In this document: positions 41,431 to 55,511 of the stretch, one piece after another
How the letters are laid out: the number at the start of each line of letters is the position of its first letter
Numbering within the stretch: position 1 is the stretch's first letter
Assembly (NCBI GenBank): GCA_964016885.1
Contig: OZ024754.1
Location: forward strand, 36,580,001 to 36,644,000
From: Eledone cirrhosa
Taxonomy: Eukaryota
Length of the DNA stretch: 64,000 bases
Direction: 5' to 3'
Translations under genes and position numbers: made by a program
Notes under the pieces: generated by a model
What the model saw: only the letters and a program-made list of their open reading frames with translations
The model's database searches: none
Told to the model about the DNA's origin: nothing

Positions 41431-43534
41431 AGCCACAGGTCATCATCCCTGGTTGAGTAAATCCCTGCTCAAAGTTATTCCAGCCTTGACCATCATGTCT
41501 GATTTCTAGGAAGTGGATTGCACGGCCGGCATGTTGCTTCCGGTCTGAAGGCAGTTGGTGTGGTGTGATTTGAGGAAGGTTTCGCTACTGTCATTTCTAA
41601 CTTGTCGACTGACCATGTAGGGGGCTCCCTCTTTCGTCTGTTTCGGTGAATATCGCATGCGTATGTATGTATACACATATGTATGTATGTATACACATGT
41701 ATATATATGTATACACACGTGTATGTATGTGTATGTATATGTATAATGTGTATGTGAATAGGATGTGTGTATACATATGTGTGTTTATACATGTATAGAC
41801 ATGTGTGCGTATGTATACACATGTGTATGTATACACATGTGTATGTATGTGTATATTATAATGTGTATGTATACACATGTGTATGTATGTATACACATGT
41901 GTATGCATATGTATAATGTGTATGTGTATAGGATGTGTGTATACATATGTATGTTTATACATGTGTAGATATGTGTTTGTATGTGTATATATGTTTATAT
42001 ATGTGTGTATGAATGTGATACATGTATATATGTATGTATAGTATGTGTATACATATGTATATGCATGTATGTGTATACATGAGTATATGTATGTATATGT
42101 ATACTTGTGTATATATGTGTATACATGTTTATATACGTATGTGTATGCATGTGTATATGTATACATGTGTATGAATATGTATACATGTGTATGAATATTT
42201 ATACATGTGTATATGTATGTATATGTATATATGTGTATGTATGTGTATATATGTGTATATGAATGTATGTGAATACATGAGTATATGTATGTATATGTAT
42301 ATGTATACATGCATGTAAATGTATACATGTTTGTGCATGTATCATGTCTGAATAGTTAAGGAGTTCGTTTCACAACCATCAGGTCCTAGATTCGTGACAT
42401 CTTAAATACTGGTAGACAGGGAGTGCTTGGAAGCCCATCGTATGGACAGTGCCTGTTATTCAAAGATACAAATACACTGTGCCACGCTGAATCTCCCTGA
42501 GAACTACGTTAAAGGTACACATATTTGTGGAATGCTCAGCCACTTACACGTTAATTTCATGAGCAAGCTGTTCCGTTGACTAGAATACTCATCGTAGAAA
42601 TTGACGGAGGTTTATTCAATGTATGTGATTGCATTTGTGTATGAATGTGTATGTATATATATATATGGTATGTGTATGGTATGTGTACGCATGTCTATCT
42701 ATATATATGTTATGTGTACGAATGTGTATGTATATGTATGTTATGTGTATGCTATATGTATGTATATGTATGTATATGTATGCTGTGTGTATGTATGTGT
42801 ATGTATATGTAAGCTGTGTGTATGTAAATGTATGTATATGTATGTATATGTATGCTGTGTGTATGTAAATGTATGTATATGTATGTATATGTATGCTGTG
42901 TGTATGTATATGTATGCATATGTTTGCTATGTGTATGTATATGTATGTATATGTATGCATATGTTTGCTGTGTATGTATATGTATATGTATGATATGCGT
43001 ATGTAATGTATATGTATGCTGTGTATATGTATGTGTGTGTATGTATTTGTATGCTATATGTATGTGTGTATGTATATGTATGATATGAGTATGTATGTGT
43101 ATGCGTGTATGTATATGTATGCTGTGTGTATATATGCGTATGTATATGTATGCTATGTATATGTATCTGTATGCTACTGTGTATATATATCTATGCTGTG
43201 TGTATGTGTATGTTTAGTAAGCGATGGTCGACAAGAAACAACGACACGCCAAAGCAGACGACAGTCGAAGATAGGACGGGACAGGCGGAAAACAATTTGA
43301 GAGAGATAGATAGAGAGGGGGAGAGGCAAGTACAGCGAGAGAGAGAGACAGGGGAGGGAGAGAAAGAGAGATACAGGAGAGAGAGAGAGAGGGGGCAGAC
43401 AGGGGAGAGAGAGTCAGGATATATATATATACATACCTGTGAAAGGACGGACAGTGAAGAGATTGAGTGAGGAAGGGGGAGCATAGCATCACTCTTACTT
43501 CACCACTAAACAAACCCCAGTAAACATACACACA

Positions 43535-43580
<46 letters not shown>

Positions 43581-43742
43581 CTATTTCTTTGTCCTCCTCT
43601 CCCCTCTCTCCTCCTGTCACGCTTATTACTCCCTCCTCGGCCTCGCCTCCTCCCCTTCACAGGCACGCGAGCAACCGCTTGTGCGCGATGCCAAGCAGCC
43701 GAGAGTAACGGGAGGAAGGGGAGACAGAGAGAGAGACAGAGA

Positions 43743-43799
<57 letters not shown>

Positions 43800-44134
43800 T
43801 GTGTATGTGTGTGTGTATGGGGTGTATGAGTGTATGCGAGTGTGTGTATAAATGCATTGTAGAAGAAGTAGGAGTAAGAGTAACAGTAAGAGAAGGAGGC
43901 AGAGAAGAAGAAGTAGAAGTAGAAGAAGGAGAAGAAGGAGAAGAAGACGAAGAAGACGAAGGAGAAGGAGGAGGCAGAGAAGAAGGAGAAGTATAAGGAG
44001 AGATATGGAAGGTGGAGTAGAGTTTGTGAAGTGTTCGGGTTGTAGTAGGGGTGGCCGCCATATATATTGTGGCGTGTTTGTGTCGCCTAGACAGAACACA
44101 TGCAAGATTTTTTCAAACTACCTGCTTGCTCCCC

Positions 44135-44142
44135 TATAAAAA
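44135..44142 (+). promoter_or_regulatory. Candidate TATA box of the insm gene
   Basis: CCCC-TATAAAAA-GGGGG in a unique-sequence island downstream of a CpG-containing island (43620-43720); a CT|GTAAGC donor follows at 44376. Confidence 0.45.
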
Positions 44143-44259
44143 GGGGGAAACAACTTACAAAAACAAAAGCACACGCAATACAACAACAATACGATCACGG
44201 CGATTGCGTATTGTTGTTTGTATATGTGTGTGTGGTATTTTTCCTCTTACTATATTTAA

Positions 44260-44305
<46 letters not shown>

Positions 44306-44421
44306 TGGTCATTCCACTATAATCATCATTTTAATAACTTTCCATCCAGCGCTGCATCCGACCTTCTCTCATCCTGTAAGCCAAACCTTGAAATTATTAT
44401 TACCATTACCATTACCATTAC

Positions 44422-44470
<49 letters not shown>

Positions 44471-44478
44471 ATTACTCA

Positions 44479-44540
<62 letters not shown>

Positions 44541-44581
44541 ATTAGATTATTTACAAATGTTTATTTGATTCCAATGCATAG

Positions 44582-44617
<36 letters not shown>

Positions 44618-44622
<5 letters not shown>

Positions 44623-44817
44623 AAAAAGTAAGACCCCGACGGCGGCAGAGCTCAAGCTGTTTCGACAGCTATTTCTGGACTCAGAAATAGCCGTCGAAAC
44701 GGCTTGAGCTCTGCTGTCGGGGTCTTACTTTTTCCTATTTCCCACTCTACTACCCTAAGTATTGAGTACTCTGGTGCGTTATGGTCCATCTGGTTCCTTA
44801 CCACAATTCCTTTGTTA
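44618..44817 (+). mobile_element. Fold-back element (IR 44618-44738), same family as 16271-16466
   Basis: Inverted arms, shared tail ccactctactaccctaagtattgagtact...ccttaccaca, (TA)n on both sides. Confidence 0.7.
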
Positions 44818-44825
44818 TATATACT

Positions 44826-44892
<67 letters not shown>

Positions 44893-44902
44893 GTTGATAG
44901 AA

Positions 44903-44942
<40 letters not shown>

Positions 44943-45132
44943 GCCCATATGCACAAAAGCATTATAATACATGCACTCGCGAAACAAACAGCCAAGTTTT
45001 CATTACAGTTGGATAACCACAACAACAACAACAACAACAACACATGACGTGATGGAATACAACCAAATTATATATATATATATATCAATATATATTTGTA
45101 TATATATAAATATACATATTTGTATATATTTG

Positions 45133-45165
<33 letters not shown>

Positions 45166-45544
45166 GAGTAAAATTGCTTACAAAAACAAGTACCGGGATA
45201 TGAAAATCTACAAGCCAACGAAAGGAATCTTTACGTAGTCATTGGACAAAAGAGAAATAGTTGACAAATCTTCCTCAAATGACACCATACCATATTTTTA
45301 AAAAATTGAAACGGAAGGACACATTTAGTTAATGTAGTCCAAGATACACAATACATGTTTATAAAATGAAAAAAAAAAAAAAAAAAACAAAGACTGTATG
45401 GTAATGGCTGGAAATGCATTTTAAAAAATAGCTGTGGTATACTCGATCATGGCTAACATAGGAATAAACAAAAATACCAACGATTGCGGTAACAACAACA
45501 GCAACAACAACAACAACTACAACAACAACAACAACAACTACTAT

Positions 45545-45594
<50 letters not shown>

Positions 45595-45730
45595 TTACTA
45601 CAGATATGATAAAGAAAGTTTAAAAGAACCTAACAAAACAAACGTTATTTGGATAAATTGCTCAGGACTACATACGGATGAGGTTCTGTAAACAACAACA
45701 GGAATCACCGCAAGCTGGCCTTTACTATCT

Positions 45731-45799
<69 letters not shown>

Positions 45800-45807
<8 letters not shown>

Positions 45808-47155
45808 CTGTTTGTCTGCGAATATATAGCTCTGTGTGTGCGAATGTGTAGCTATGTGTGTGTGCGAATGTGTAGCTTTGTGTGTTCGAATGTGTAGCTA
45901 TGTGTGTGCGAATGTGCAGCTATGTGTGTGTGCGAATGTGTAGCTGTGTGTGTGTGCGAATGGGTAGCTATGTGTGTACGAATGTGTAGCTGTGTGTGTG
46001 TGCGAATGTGTAGCTATGTGTGTGCGAATGTGTAGCTATGTGTGTGCGAATGTGTAGCTGTTTGTGTGTGCGAATGTGTAGCTATGTGTATGCGAATGTG
46101 TAGCTATGTGTGTGCGAATGTGTAGCTATGTGTGTGCGAATGTGTAGCTGTTTGTGTGTGCGAATGTGTAGCTATGTGTATGCGAATGTGTAGCTATGTG
46201 TGTGCGAATGTGTAGCTATGTGTGTGCGAATGTGTAGCTGTTTGTGTGTGCGAATGTGTAGCTTTGTGTGTGCGAATGCGTTTCTGTGTATGTGCGAATA
46301 TTTGTAACTGTGTGTGTGTACGAACGTGTAGCTGTGATTATGTGTGCAAATGTGTAACTGTGTGTGTGTGTGTGTGTGTGTGTGTCCGAAAGTGTAACGG
46401 TGTGTATGTGTGTGCTAATGTGTAGCTGTGTGTGTGCACAAATGTGTATATAATTGTGTGTGTGTACAAATGTGTAACTGTGTGTGTGTACGAATATGTA
46501 GCTATGTATGTGTGTGCTAATGTGTAGCTGTGTGTGTGTACAAATGTGTATATAATTTTTTGTGTGTGTACGAATGTGTAGCTGTATGTGTGTGCTAATG
46601 TGTAGCTATGTATCTGTGTACAAATGTGTATATAATTGTGTGTGTGCACGAATGTGTAGCTGTATGTGTATGCTAATGTGTAGCTATGTATGTTTGTACG
46701 AATGTGTAGCTGTATGTTTATGCTAATGTGTAGCTGTATGTGTATGCTAATGTGTAGCTATGTGTGTGTGCACGAATGTGTAGCTGTATGTGTATGCTAA
46801 TGTGTAGCTATGTATGTTTGTACGAATGTGTAGCTGTATGTGTATGCTAATGTGTAGCTATGTATGTTTGTACGAATGTGTAGCTGTATGTGTATGCTAA
46901 TGCGTAGCTATGTATGTTTGTACGAATGTGTAGCTGTATGTTTATGCTAATGTGTAGCTGTATGTGTGTGCTAATGTGTAGCTGTATGTGTGTGCTAATG
47001 TGTAGCTGTATGTGTGTGCTAATGTGTAGCTGTGTGTGTGTGCTAATGTGTAGCTGTATGTGTGTGCTAATGTGTAGCTGTATGTGTGTGCTAATGTGTA
47101 GCTGTGTGTGTGTGGTAATGTGTAGCTGTGTGTGTGTGCTAATGTGTAGCTGTGT
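45800..47155. repeat. ~20-24 bp TG-derived minisatellite (aatgtgtagct core)
   Basis: Direct reading; unit drifts from gcgaatgtgtagct to gctaatgtgtagct along the array. Confidence 0.9.
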
Positions 47156-47290
47156 CTGCAAGTATGTGTATATAATTATCTGTGTAGATGTTTACACCGT
47201 CAGCCAATCTCTTCCATATTTACTACAAGTTCACTGACTTATTTTCATTTTCGTTTTCACAGCATTTCACGTTGTTTACTGTAAAGTCAT

Positions 47291-47345
<55 letters not shown>

Positions 47346-47457
47346 CATTACTACTGCTGCTGCTCTTGCTACTACTACTACTACTACTACTACTATTACT
47401 ACTACTACTACTACTATTACTACTACTACTACGACTACTACTATGACTACTACTATG

Positions 47458-47494
<37 letters not shown>

Positions 47495-47541
47495 CTACTA
47501 GTAATATTATACTATTGTCAGAATTTGATTGATTTTAGTTA

Positions 47542-47655
<114 letters not shown>

Positions 47656-47823
47656 TGTGTCCGCGCGTGTGAGAGTGTGTGTAAATATTTGTATTTCTAT
47701 AAAGTGTATGTGTATAGTATGTTTTTTTAATTCTCTTACTGGTTTCACAAGTTTGTCTGTGGTCAAGCTAGAGTACTGCCTAGATTTAGTCGATCATACC
47801 GACATAAGAACAGTCACGGATGG

Positions 47824-47865
<42 letters not shown>

Positions 47866-47883
47866 GCACACAGACACACACAC

Positions 47884-47931
<48 letters not shown>

Positions 47932-48020
47932 GGGCTTCTGCAGATTCCGTCTACCAAAATCCACACGGAAAACATTAGTCAACTCGAGGCATTAGTATGC
48001 GTGTATATATGTATATATAT

Positions 48021-48152
48021 ATAGGAAAAAGTATGACCCCCAACGGCAGAGCTCAAGCCGTTTCGACGGCTATTTCCCACTCTACTACCCTAAGTATTGA
48101 GTACTCGGGTGCGTTATGGTCCATCTGGTTCCTTACCACATTTCCTTTGTTA
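48021..48152 (+). mobile_element. Same fold-back family with the right arm deleted
   Basis: Left arm joined to the tail at CTATTTC microhomology. Confidence 0.65.
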
Positions 48153-48272
48153 TATATATATATATATATATAAATATATTTAAAAAAATAGTATATATAT
48201 ATATTAAAATAACAGATTAAAGTTTAAGCAAAGAATTGCTGCTTTCACCCTTAACGGGACCTTCTGAAATTC

Positions 48273-48333
<61 letters not shown>

Positions 48334-48460
48334 GACAATAGAAATTTCAGCTTTTTATAAACTTTATTACATATTACAATTTGTTTCCATATCAATCAGC
48401 TCGATATATATATAAAGAAAAGAAATTGAAAATGCAAGTAGAGTATTTTAAGAATATTTA

Positions 48461-48504
48461 TTTACTTTACCGGTTTCACAGTTCTTATGATTATCAAAAG
48501 TAAA
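48461..48504 (-). ncRNA. Degenerate hammerhead-like motif
   Basis: Minus tttactt-TTGATAA-...-GAAA-ccgg-TA-aagtaaa; two core substitutions. Confidence 0.35.
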
Positions 48505-48588
48505 ATTGAGATGGAGGGTTTGTGTTTATGTTGTAGTATGTCTCGCATCTAACTTCAGTTCGGAAAATTTACTCGGGTTGCTATTGTT

Positions 48589-48668
<80 letters not shown>

Positions 48669-49029
48669 TTGCGTTATGTCGTTCAGCAAGACTCTTTATT
48701 TCACGTTGCTCCTTCTATCTGGAGTTGTGACCGATAAATAGTATTAGCAATTGGAAAGACTAAGGGAAACATTGTTTCCTCGGTCCGATTTGACGAAAGT
48801 CGATCGTTCCTTTTATATATATACATACATATATATATATATTTCTTTTCTCTTTTTTCCCTATTCCAACGGCTTAATTTAAATATATTGTTTTTAAACC
48901 TTTCCAACATTAATTTGCATAATAAACCAACAATAAATATAATAACTCCAATATCCAGGAGATTAAAACCGGAATGGTTGCATTTTTTAAGGGTATGTCA
49001 ATATTTATTTATAAAACTAACCTATATTA

Positions 49030-49095
49030 TATTTTATCTGATGAAAGCGCACCATAGTTTGCTCTGGTGGCCCTTGAAATATGTATAATGAAATA
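49030..49095 (+). ncRNA. Hammerhead ribozyme motif with canonical CUGAUGA core (11738 family)
   Basis: tattttat-CTGATGA-aag-cg-cacca...tggtg-gcc-ctt-GAAA-tatgta-TA-atgaaata; 8 bp stem I. Confidence 0.75.
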
Positions 49096-49134
49096 AATAT
49101 GGTTTTTATAAATATAGTTTCCATTTGTTAATAT

Positions 49135-49207
<73 letters not shown>

Positions 49208-49208
49208 G

Positions 49209-49285
<77 letters not shown>

Positions 49286-49372
49286 CATAGTAATAATAAA
49301 CGTGAAGACTAAAATCCCAATATATATATATTGTTATACTTTGGGGTCTCATGCTGCCAATGATATATATGT

Positions 49373-49510
<138 letters not shown>

Positions 49511-50356
49511 ATGTATGTATGTATGTTTATGTATGTTTTTTGTGTCCCGTTTTGAGCTGTAGTTTCCCAGTTCCTTTGTGCTTTTGTCTTCAAAAGTTTC
49601 TATTCTAAACTCTGTATACTGTTCATTGTTGTTACTGTTGGTGATCTTCTTATTTAACCCAGGGCAACTCCAGTCAAGTAGACTCATGATCAACGTCTTT
49701 CTAATCATGTCCATCCCGCCTTATTGTTAGTTTTTGTTATGTTTCTTGTGTGTTTTGGTGGGGTTGGGTGCAATATCTACTTCGTTAGTTAATGTCACCA
49801 TTTTTTAGAGTCCTGAATTCGAGAAAAAAAAGGGAACATTGTAAATCAGCCCCTAGCTTTCCTTTAGTAAATAAATATGTTAGTGTCGCACCAGAAGGGT
49901 TAAAATTTATTATAACTTCCGGAGAAATTTACCTTCTTGTGCCAATAACCTTAAAAATCAAAATCATCCACCGGTCATATATTTACACACACACACACAT
50001 ATATATATATATACACATACATACACATATAGATACACACATGCTGACACATATGCGTACACACACACACATATACACTCACACACAATGGCATACCGTT
50101 ACATGTCTTACGCACACACACACACACACACATGTACATACATACACACATACTGACACACACATGTACACGCACACATACTGACACATACATGTACACA
50201 CATACGCACACACGCGCACACATATACTGACACATACACGTACACACATACACACACACACACACACACAGACATACTGACACATACACGTACACACACA
50301 ACACACACACACACACTCATACACGATGGCATACCGTAACATGACTTACACACACA

Positions 50357-50456
<100 letters not shown>

Positions 50457-51090
50457 AACACACACACACATAAACCCATTCCACTTATATTTGCAATATT
50501 TCATGAAACTGCAGTAAACTTTAAACTTATTCTGTTTTTTCTAACTGAATTTTAATTCTTATTTTGCTTTTGTCAATACCATTGAATACTTCATAACTAT
50601 TATACAACCATCAGTGCGTATATTGTATCATAGGTGTCGCTGGCATCGAATCCCAGTTAAACCCTTTTCTTACTGCAGTCTTTAGCCTACACCAGACATT
50701 TGTTATTCTCCTGTGGGCCGCTTAGTGACTACTGAGACCATATTTGGTCATAAATTTTTATGGCAAACATGGCTGGCTGGCATGGAATTTGGACAGCAAC
50801 ATTGTTTAATAAGGGCTGCGGGCTGCACCATTGTTCATTCGACTAACAATATAGATTCGTCATCCGCTTTAATACCACCATCTGTCGATCAGATGCCATT
50901 ACAAACATACATAACTTCGGCGTATTCATGTATGTAATTCCACACACACGTGTGTATTTATATATATATATATATATATGTGTATATGTGTGTGTGTGTG
51001 TGTGTGTAGTGTGTGAATTATATATATATATATCATAAATATATATATATTATAATTATATATATATTATATATATATATATACGTATAT

Positions 51091-51167
<77 letters not shown>

Positions 51168-51787
51168 AATACAGATATTTTTTATTTGTTTGACCCGAAT
51201 TACTTGATCCTTTTTTTGGGCTATGCGAATGATTGTTTAACCATCGTCTCAGTGTGTTTGGCCTTTAACGTTTGTTATAGCTCTGGTTCATCTGAATCAT
51301 TGAGCACTTGCCACACAACTCGGAGGTTGTTTTTCGTTATTTCGTGGGCCGAAATCCGATTCTCGATAATTTATGTTTGTTTATATATATATATATATAT
51401 ATCTCGTGTCCCCTTTATTTACGTGTCCCAACGACTTTTTTAGCCGTTGCTCGCACCAACCGGAGGTATATGGTCTTTAAAGCGATGAAATACCAATGAT
51501 GGTTGGAAGATCACTGATGAAGGACTAACTTTATTCATATGTAACCCATTAGCAACGCCGCAGCACGTTTATTTTCATATATATATATATATATATGTAT
51601 GTATGTGTATATATATATATATAGGTTGTCCTTGTGTCTGACGATAGAGGCCAATTTTCATCTGCTTATAACATAACCAATATAATTATCATCGACCCTT
51701 AACCATCATCGCCATAACATCATAACAATTATTGTCATCATCATCATCTTTGTCAGTGTCATCGTCATCGATAACATACAATACTAA

Positions 51788-53005
51788 ATAATTGTTTCTA
51801 CTTTTGGCACAAGGCCGGCAATTATCCCAGTGTATTACTGGTACTTTATTTTATCAACCCCGTAAGGATGAAAGGCAAATAATACAATAACAAAACAATA
51901 TCAAATACATTAAGAATAACAACAGCAACAACAATGCCCAAATCAAATACTTATCTATTTCCCCACTCCACAACACAGCACACATCCCTCTTCCCCTTTG
52001 TCATTTCTCTTCCCTGAGTATGTAGTGACATTCATTCGTTATCTTTCGTTATCTTAGGGACATTTTAATTCGGCGATAAATTACACCACGTGAATATTTG
52101 ACCGGCAACACACCTCTAGTTATATATCAGGCCTATGTTAAAATTCTTTCTAGCATTGGCACAAGCTGGACATTTTCTGGAAGGAGAAAGGTGGTTGTTG
52201 GTTAGACCCACCCTAGTATTTTACTGGTACTTTATTTTATTGACCCCCTCGGTCGTAGAACCTTAAGGGCAAAAAATAAATGCTACAAAAGTATTTTGTT
52301 TGACGTTCTTGTGATTCTGTCAATTCATCGCCCTTAGTTGAGTTTATATTCTTCGAAATATAAACCATAAGGTCCTTACCCTAGTAATTTACCGGTACTT
52401 TATTTTATTGACCCCTCGGTGGAATTTGGTCGTAGAACCTTAAGGGCAGAAAATAAATGCTGCAAAAGTATTTTGTTTGACGCTCGGGTGATTCTGTCAA
52501 ACCACCGTCCTTGTTTTGTTGTTGTTGTTGTCGTTACAGCTCACACCTATGCAGGTTTAGCTGGCCTCCTCCAAGGTATATCTCGTTGGCAGTGTCTTGG
52601 TAATTTTGATGATAGGGACCCCAGTCCTATCATCTCATTTCTACAGCTGAGTAAACTGGAGCAATGTGAAATAAAGTGTCTTGCTCAAGGAAACAACACA
52701 TCACACGGTCCGAGAATTGAACTCATAACCTTTCGATTGCAAGGCCAATGCTCTAACCACTAAGCCATGTGCCTTCACAAACCACCGTCCTTAGTTGAGT
52801 TTAAATTCTTCAAAATATAAACCATAAGCTCCACGCTCTAGTAATTTACTGGTACTTTATTTTATTGACCCCTCGGCGGGATTTGGTCGTAGAACCCTAA
52901 GAGCCGTAATTAAATGCTGCAAAAGTATTTTGTTTGACACTCTGGTGATTCTGTCAAACCACCGTCCTTAGCTGAGTTTAAATTCTTTAAAATATAAACC
53001 ATAAA
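51788..53005 (-). mobile_element. Cluster of truncated/diverged SINE A copies (three tandem) with a nested SINE B (~52600-52780)
   Basis: Repeated ggtactttattttattgacccctcgg; aaaccaccgtcctt duplicated around the insert (52499, 52779). Confidence 0.75.
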
Positions 53006-53266
53006 CTCCTCGCCCAGACACTGAAAAATGTTCAAACAAATAACTTATGTCTGTATGGCGATCTTCCTGCGGCACACGTGTTACAGTTCAAAATAAAACT
53101 CGTGAGCTCGTAACTTGAAGAGCATGCGTGAATAACCATGTCGACATAGAACGTATTTCGTCGATCTCTTTTCGTCGAACCGCTACGTTACGGGACATAA
53201 ACAAACAGTTATCATAAAATCAGACGCGAATAGACACACACACACACACATACACACACATACACA

Positions 53267-53309
<43 letters not shown>

Positions 53310-53475
53310 ACACATACACACTCACACACATACACACACATACACACTCACACACACACACATACACACACATACACACTCACACACACATTCCTATATC
53401 TTGCTATTTCTTCTTTTATTCATCATTATATCTTCTGATGAAGGACTAACATTCAAAACATTGATTTTTTTCCTA

Positions 53476-53511
<36 letters not shown>

Positions 53512-53518
53512 ACACACA

Positions 53519-53603
<85 letters not shown>

Positions 53604-53606
53604 ACG

Positions 53607-53637
<31 letters not shown>

Positions 53638-53921
53638 CACACACACACACACAATATTGTTGCTGGAACTTCGGTTGATTCAGTCAAGAGAACAGCCTGC
53701 TTGTGAAAGAAATTAACGTATAGATGGCTGAGTATTCCACAGACACTTTTCCCCGTAACGTCGTTCTCAGGGAGATTCAATATGACTTACAGGCATATCA
53801 CGTATTTCCTAGCTGAGGTGACTGGAGCAACATGAAATAAGATGTCTGGCCTCACTTTGCCTTATAATATATACACACGCATGGGGCCCTATAACCATTA
53901 CAATATACATTTGTGTTTTCG

Positions 53922-54720
53922 ATAATGGTTTCTTATCTAGACACAAGGTCAGCAATTTGGGGGGAAGGGGAAAGTCGATTAAATCGACCCCATTGCGTAA
54001 CTGGTACTTTATTTTATTGACCCCGTAAGGATGAAAGACAAAGTTAATTAACCTCGGTGGGATTTGAACTCAGATCATAAAGGGACTTAACTTTATGCTG
54101 CAAAGCATGGCGTCCGACCCTCTGCCGATACTGCCAATCCACCGCCCTAGTATGGCGTCCGACCCTCTACCGATACTGCCAATCCACCGCCCTAGCATGG
54201 CGTCCGACCCTCTACCGATACTGCCAATCCACCGCCCTAGTATGGCGTCCGACCCTCTACCGATACTGCCAATCCACCGCCCTAGCATGGCGTCCGACCC
54301 TCTACCGATACTGCCAATCCACCGCCCTAGTATGGCGTCCGCCCCTCTACCGATACTGCCAATCCACCGCCCTAGTATGGCGTCCGCCCCTCTACCGATA
54401 CTGCCAATCCACCGCCCTAGTATGGCGTCCGACCCTCTACCGATACTGCCAATCCACCGCCCTAGTATGGCGTCCGACCCTCTACCGATACTGCCAATCC
54501 ACCGCCCTAGCATGGCGTCCGCCCCTCTACCGATACTGCCAATCCACCGCCCTAGCATGGCGTCCGCCCCTCTACCGATACTGCCAATCCACCGCCCTAG
54601 TATGGCGTCCGACCCTCTACCGATACTGCCAATCCACCGCCCTAGCATGGCGTCCGCCCCTCTACCGATACTGCCAATCCACCGCCCTAGTATGGCGTCC
54701 GCCCCTCTACCGATACTGCC
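53922..54720 (-). mobile_element. SINE A with its first 45 nt tandemly amplified ~14 times (54107-54720)
   Basis: Unit atggcgtccgaccctctaccgatactgccaatccaccgccctagt, contiguous with the SINE body. Confidence 0.92.
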
Positions 54721-55511
54721 CTCCTGTGTTTTCAATAATTCAATATGTTTTCATTGTTTAATTAGTGAGAGACACCACTCCTGGGTATATACCATGGCTG
54801 ACGTCTTCTTTAATCGATGGTTAGGGTGTTGGGTTTACTATCGTAATGTTGTTAATTCTATTCCTGGACATGTTGGTGTGTTTTGTTCTTGAACAAAAAC
54901 AAACAAACTTTATTTCACGTTGCTACAGGGTAATCCTGTGATGGACTGTCGTCCTATCCAGGGAGAAATCTTGTAATCTCAGCTACTTCACGCCAATGTA
55001 ACTGGGATTTCCAAATGTCTGATGAGCCACGGGGCTTAGCACAAACTTGGACTTTATTTTTGATAGCTCAAACCTACTGCGCGCATGCGTCTGTAATCTT
55101 TTAGCTACTAGTACCCTTGAATCATTTGTTTTTTGTCGTTGTTTTTCTCCAGCTCTGTTTGTCTGTTTCCTGTTGTTGCTGCTCTTTAGTCCTAGATCAT
55201 CTTTGAGGGGGAAAATATATGAACCAAGACGTTCAAGCTGTGACTGTCCCGTATGTTTTTGTATACATCGTCCAATCTGTTTTTCGTCTGTGTACGTGTA
55301 CGTGTGTGTGCGTGCGTGTTTTGAGAAAAATTTGGCAATCATTTCTTGCAAGTCAAGTCACTGTGTATAGGTTCTCCCGTTGGTTGTTGGTTAAGATAAA
55401 AACATCCCAGTCGTGATCATTCCGTCTCTATCTCCTTTTGTTTCGTTTGTTTGTTTTCTGAGACTGTAAAACAGAGATAGACAACCTGCAGTCTTAAGGC
55501 CGGTCACATGT

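Noticed and set aside
54107-54720. CRISPR-like regular array (also 21885-22099, 27640-28275)
   Set aside because: No unique spacers, no cas genes, eukaryotic context; plain tandem repeats, largely SINE-derived
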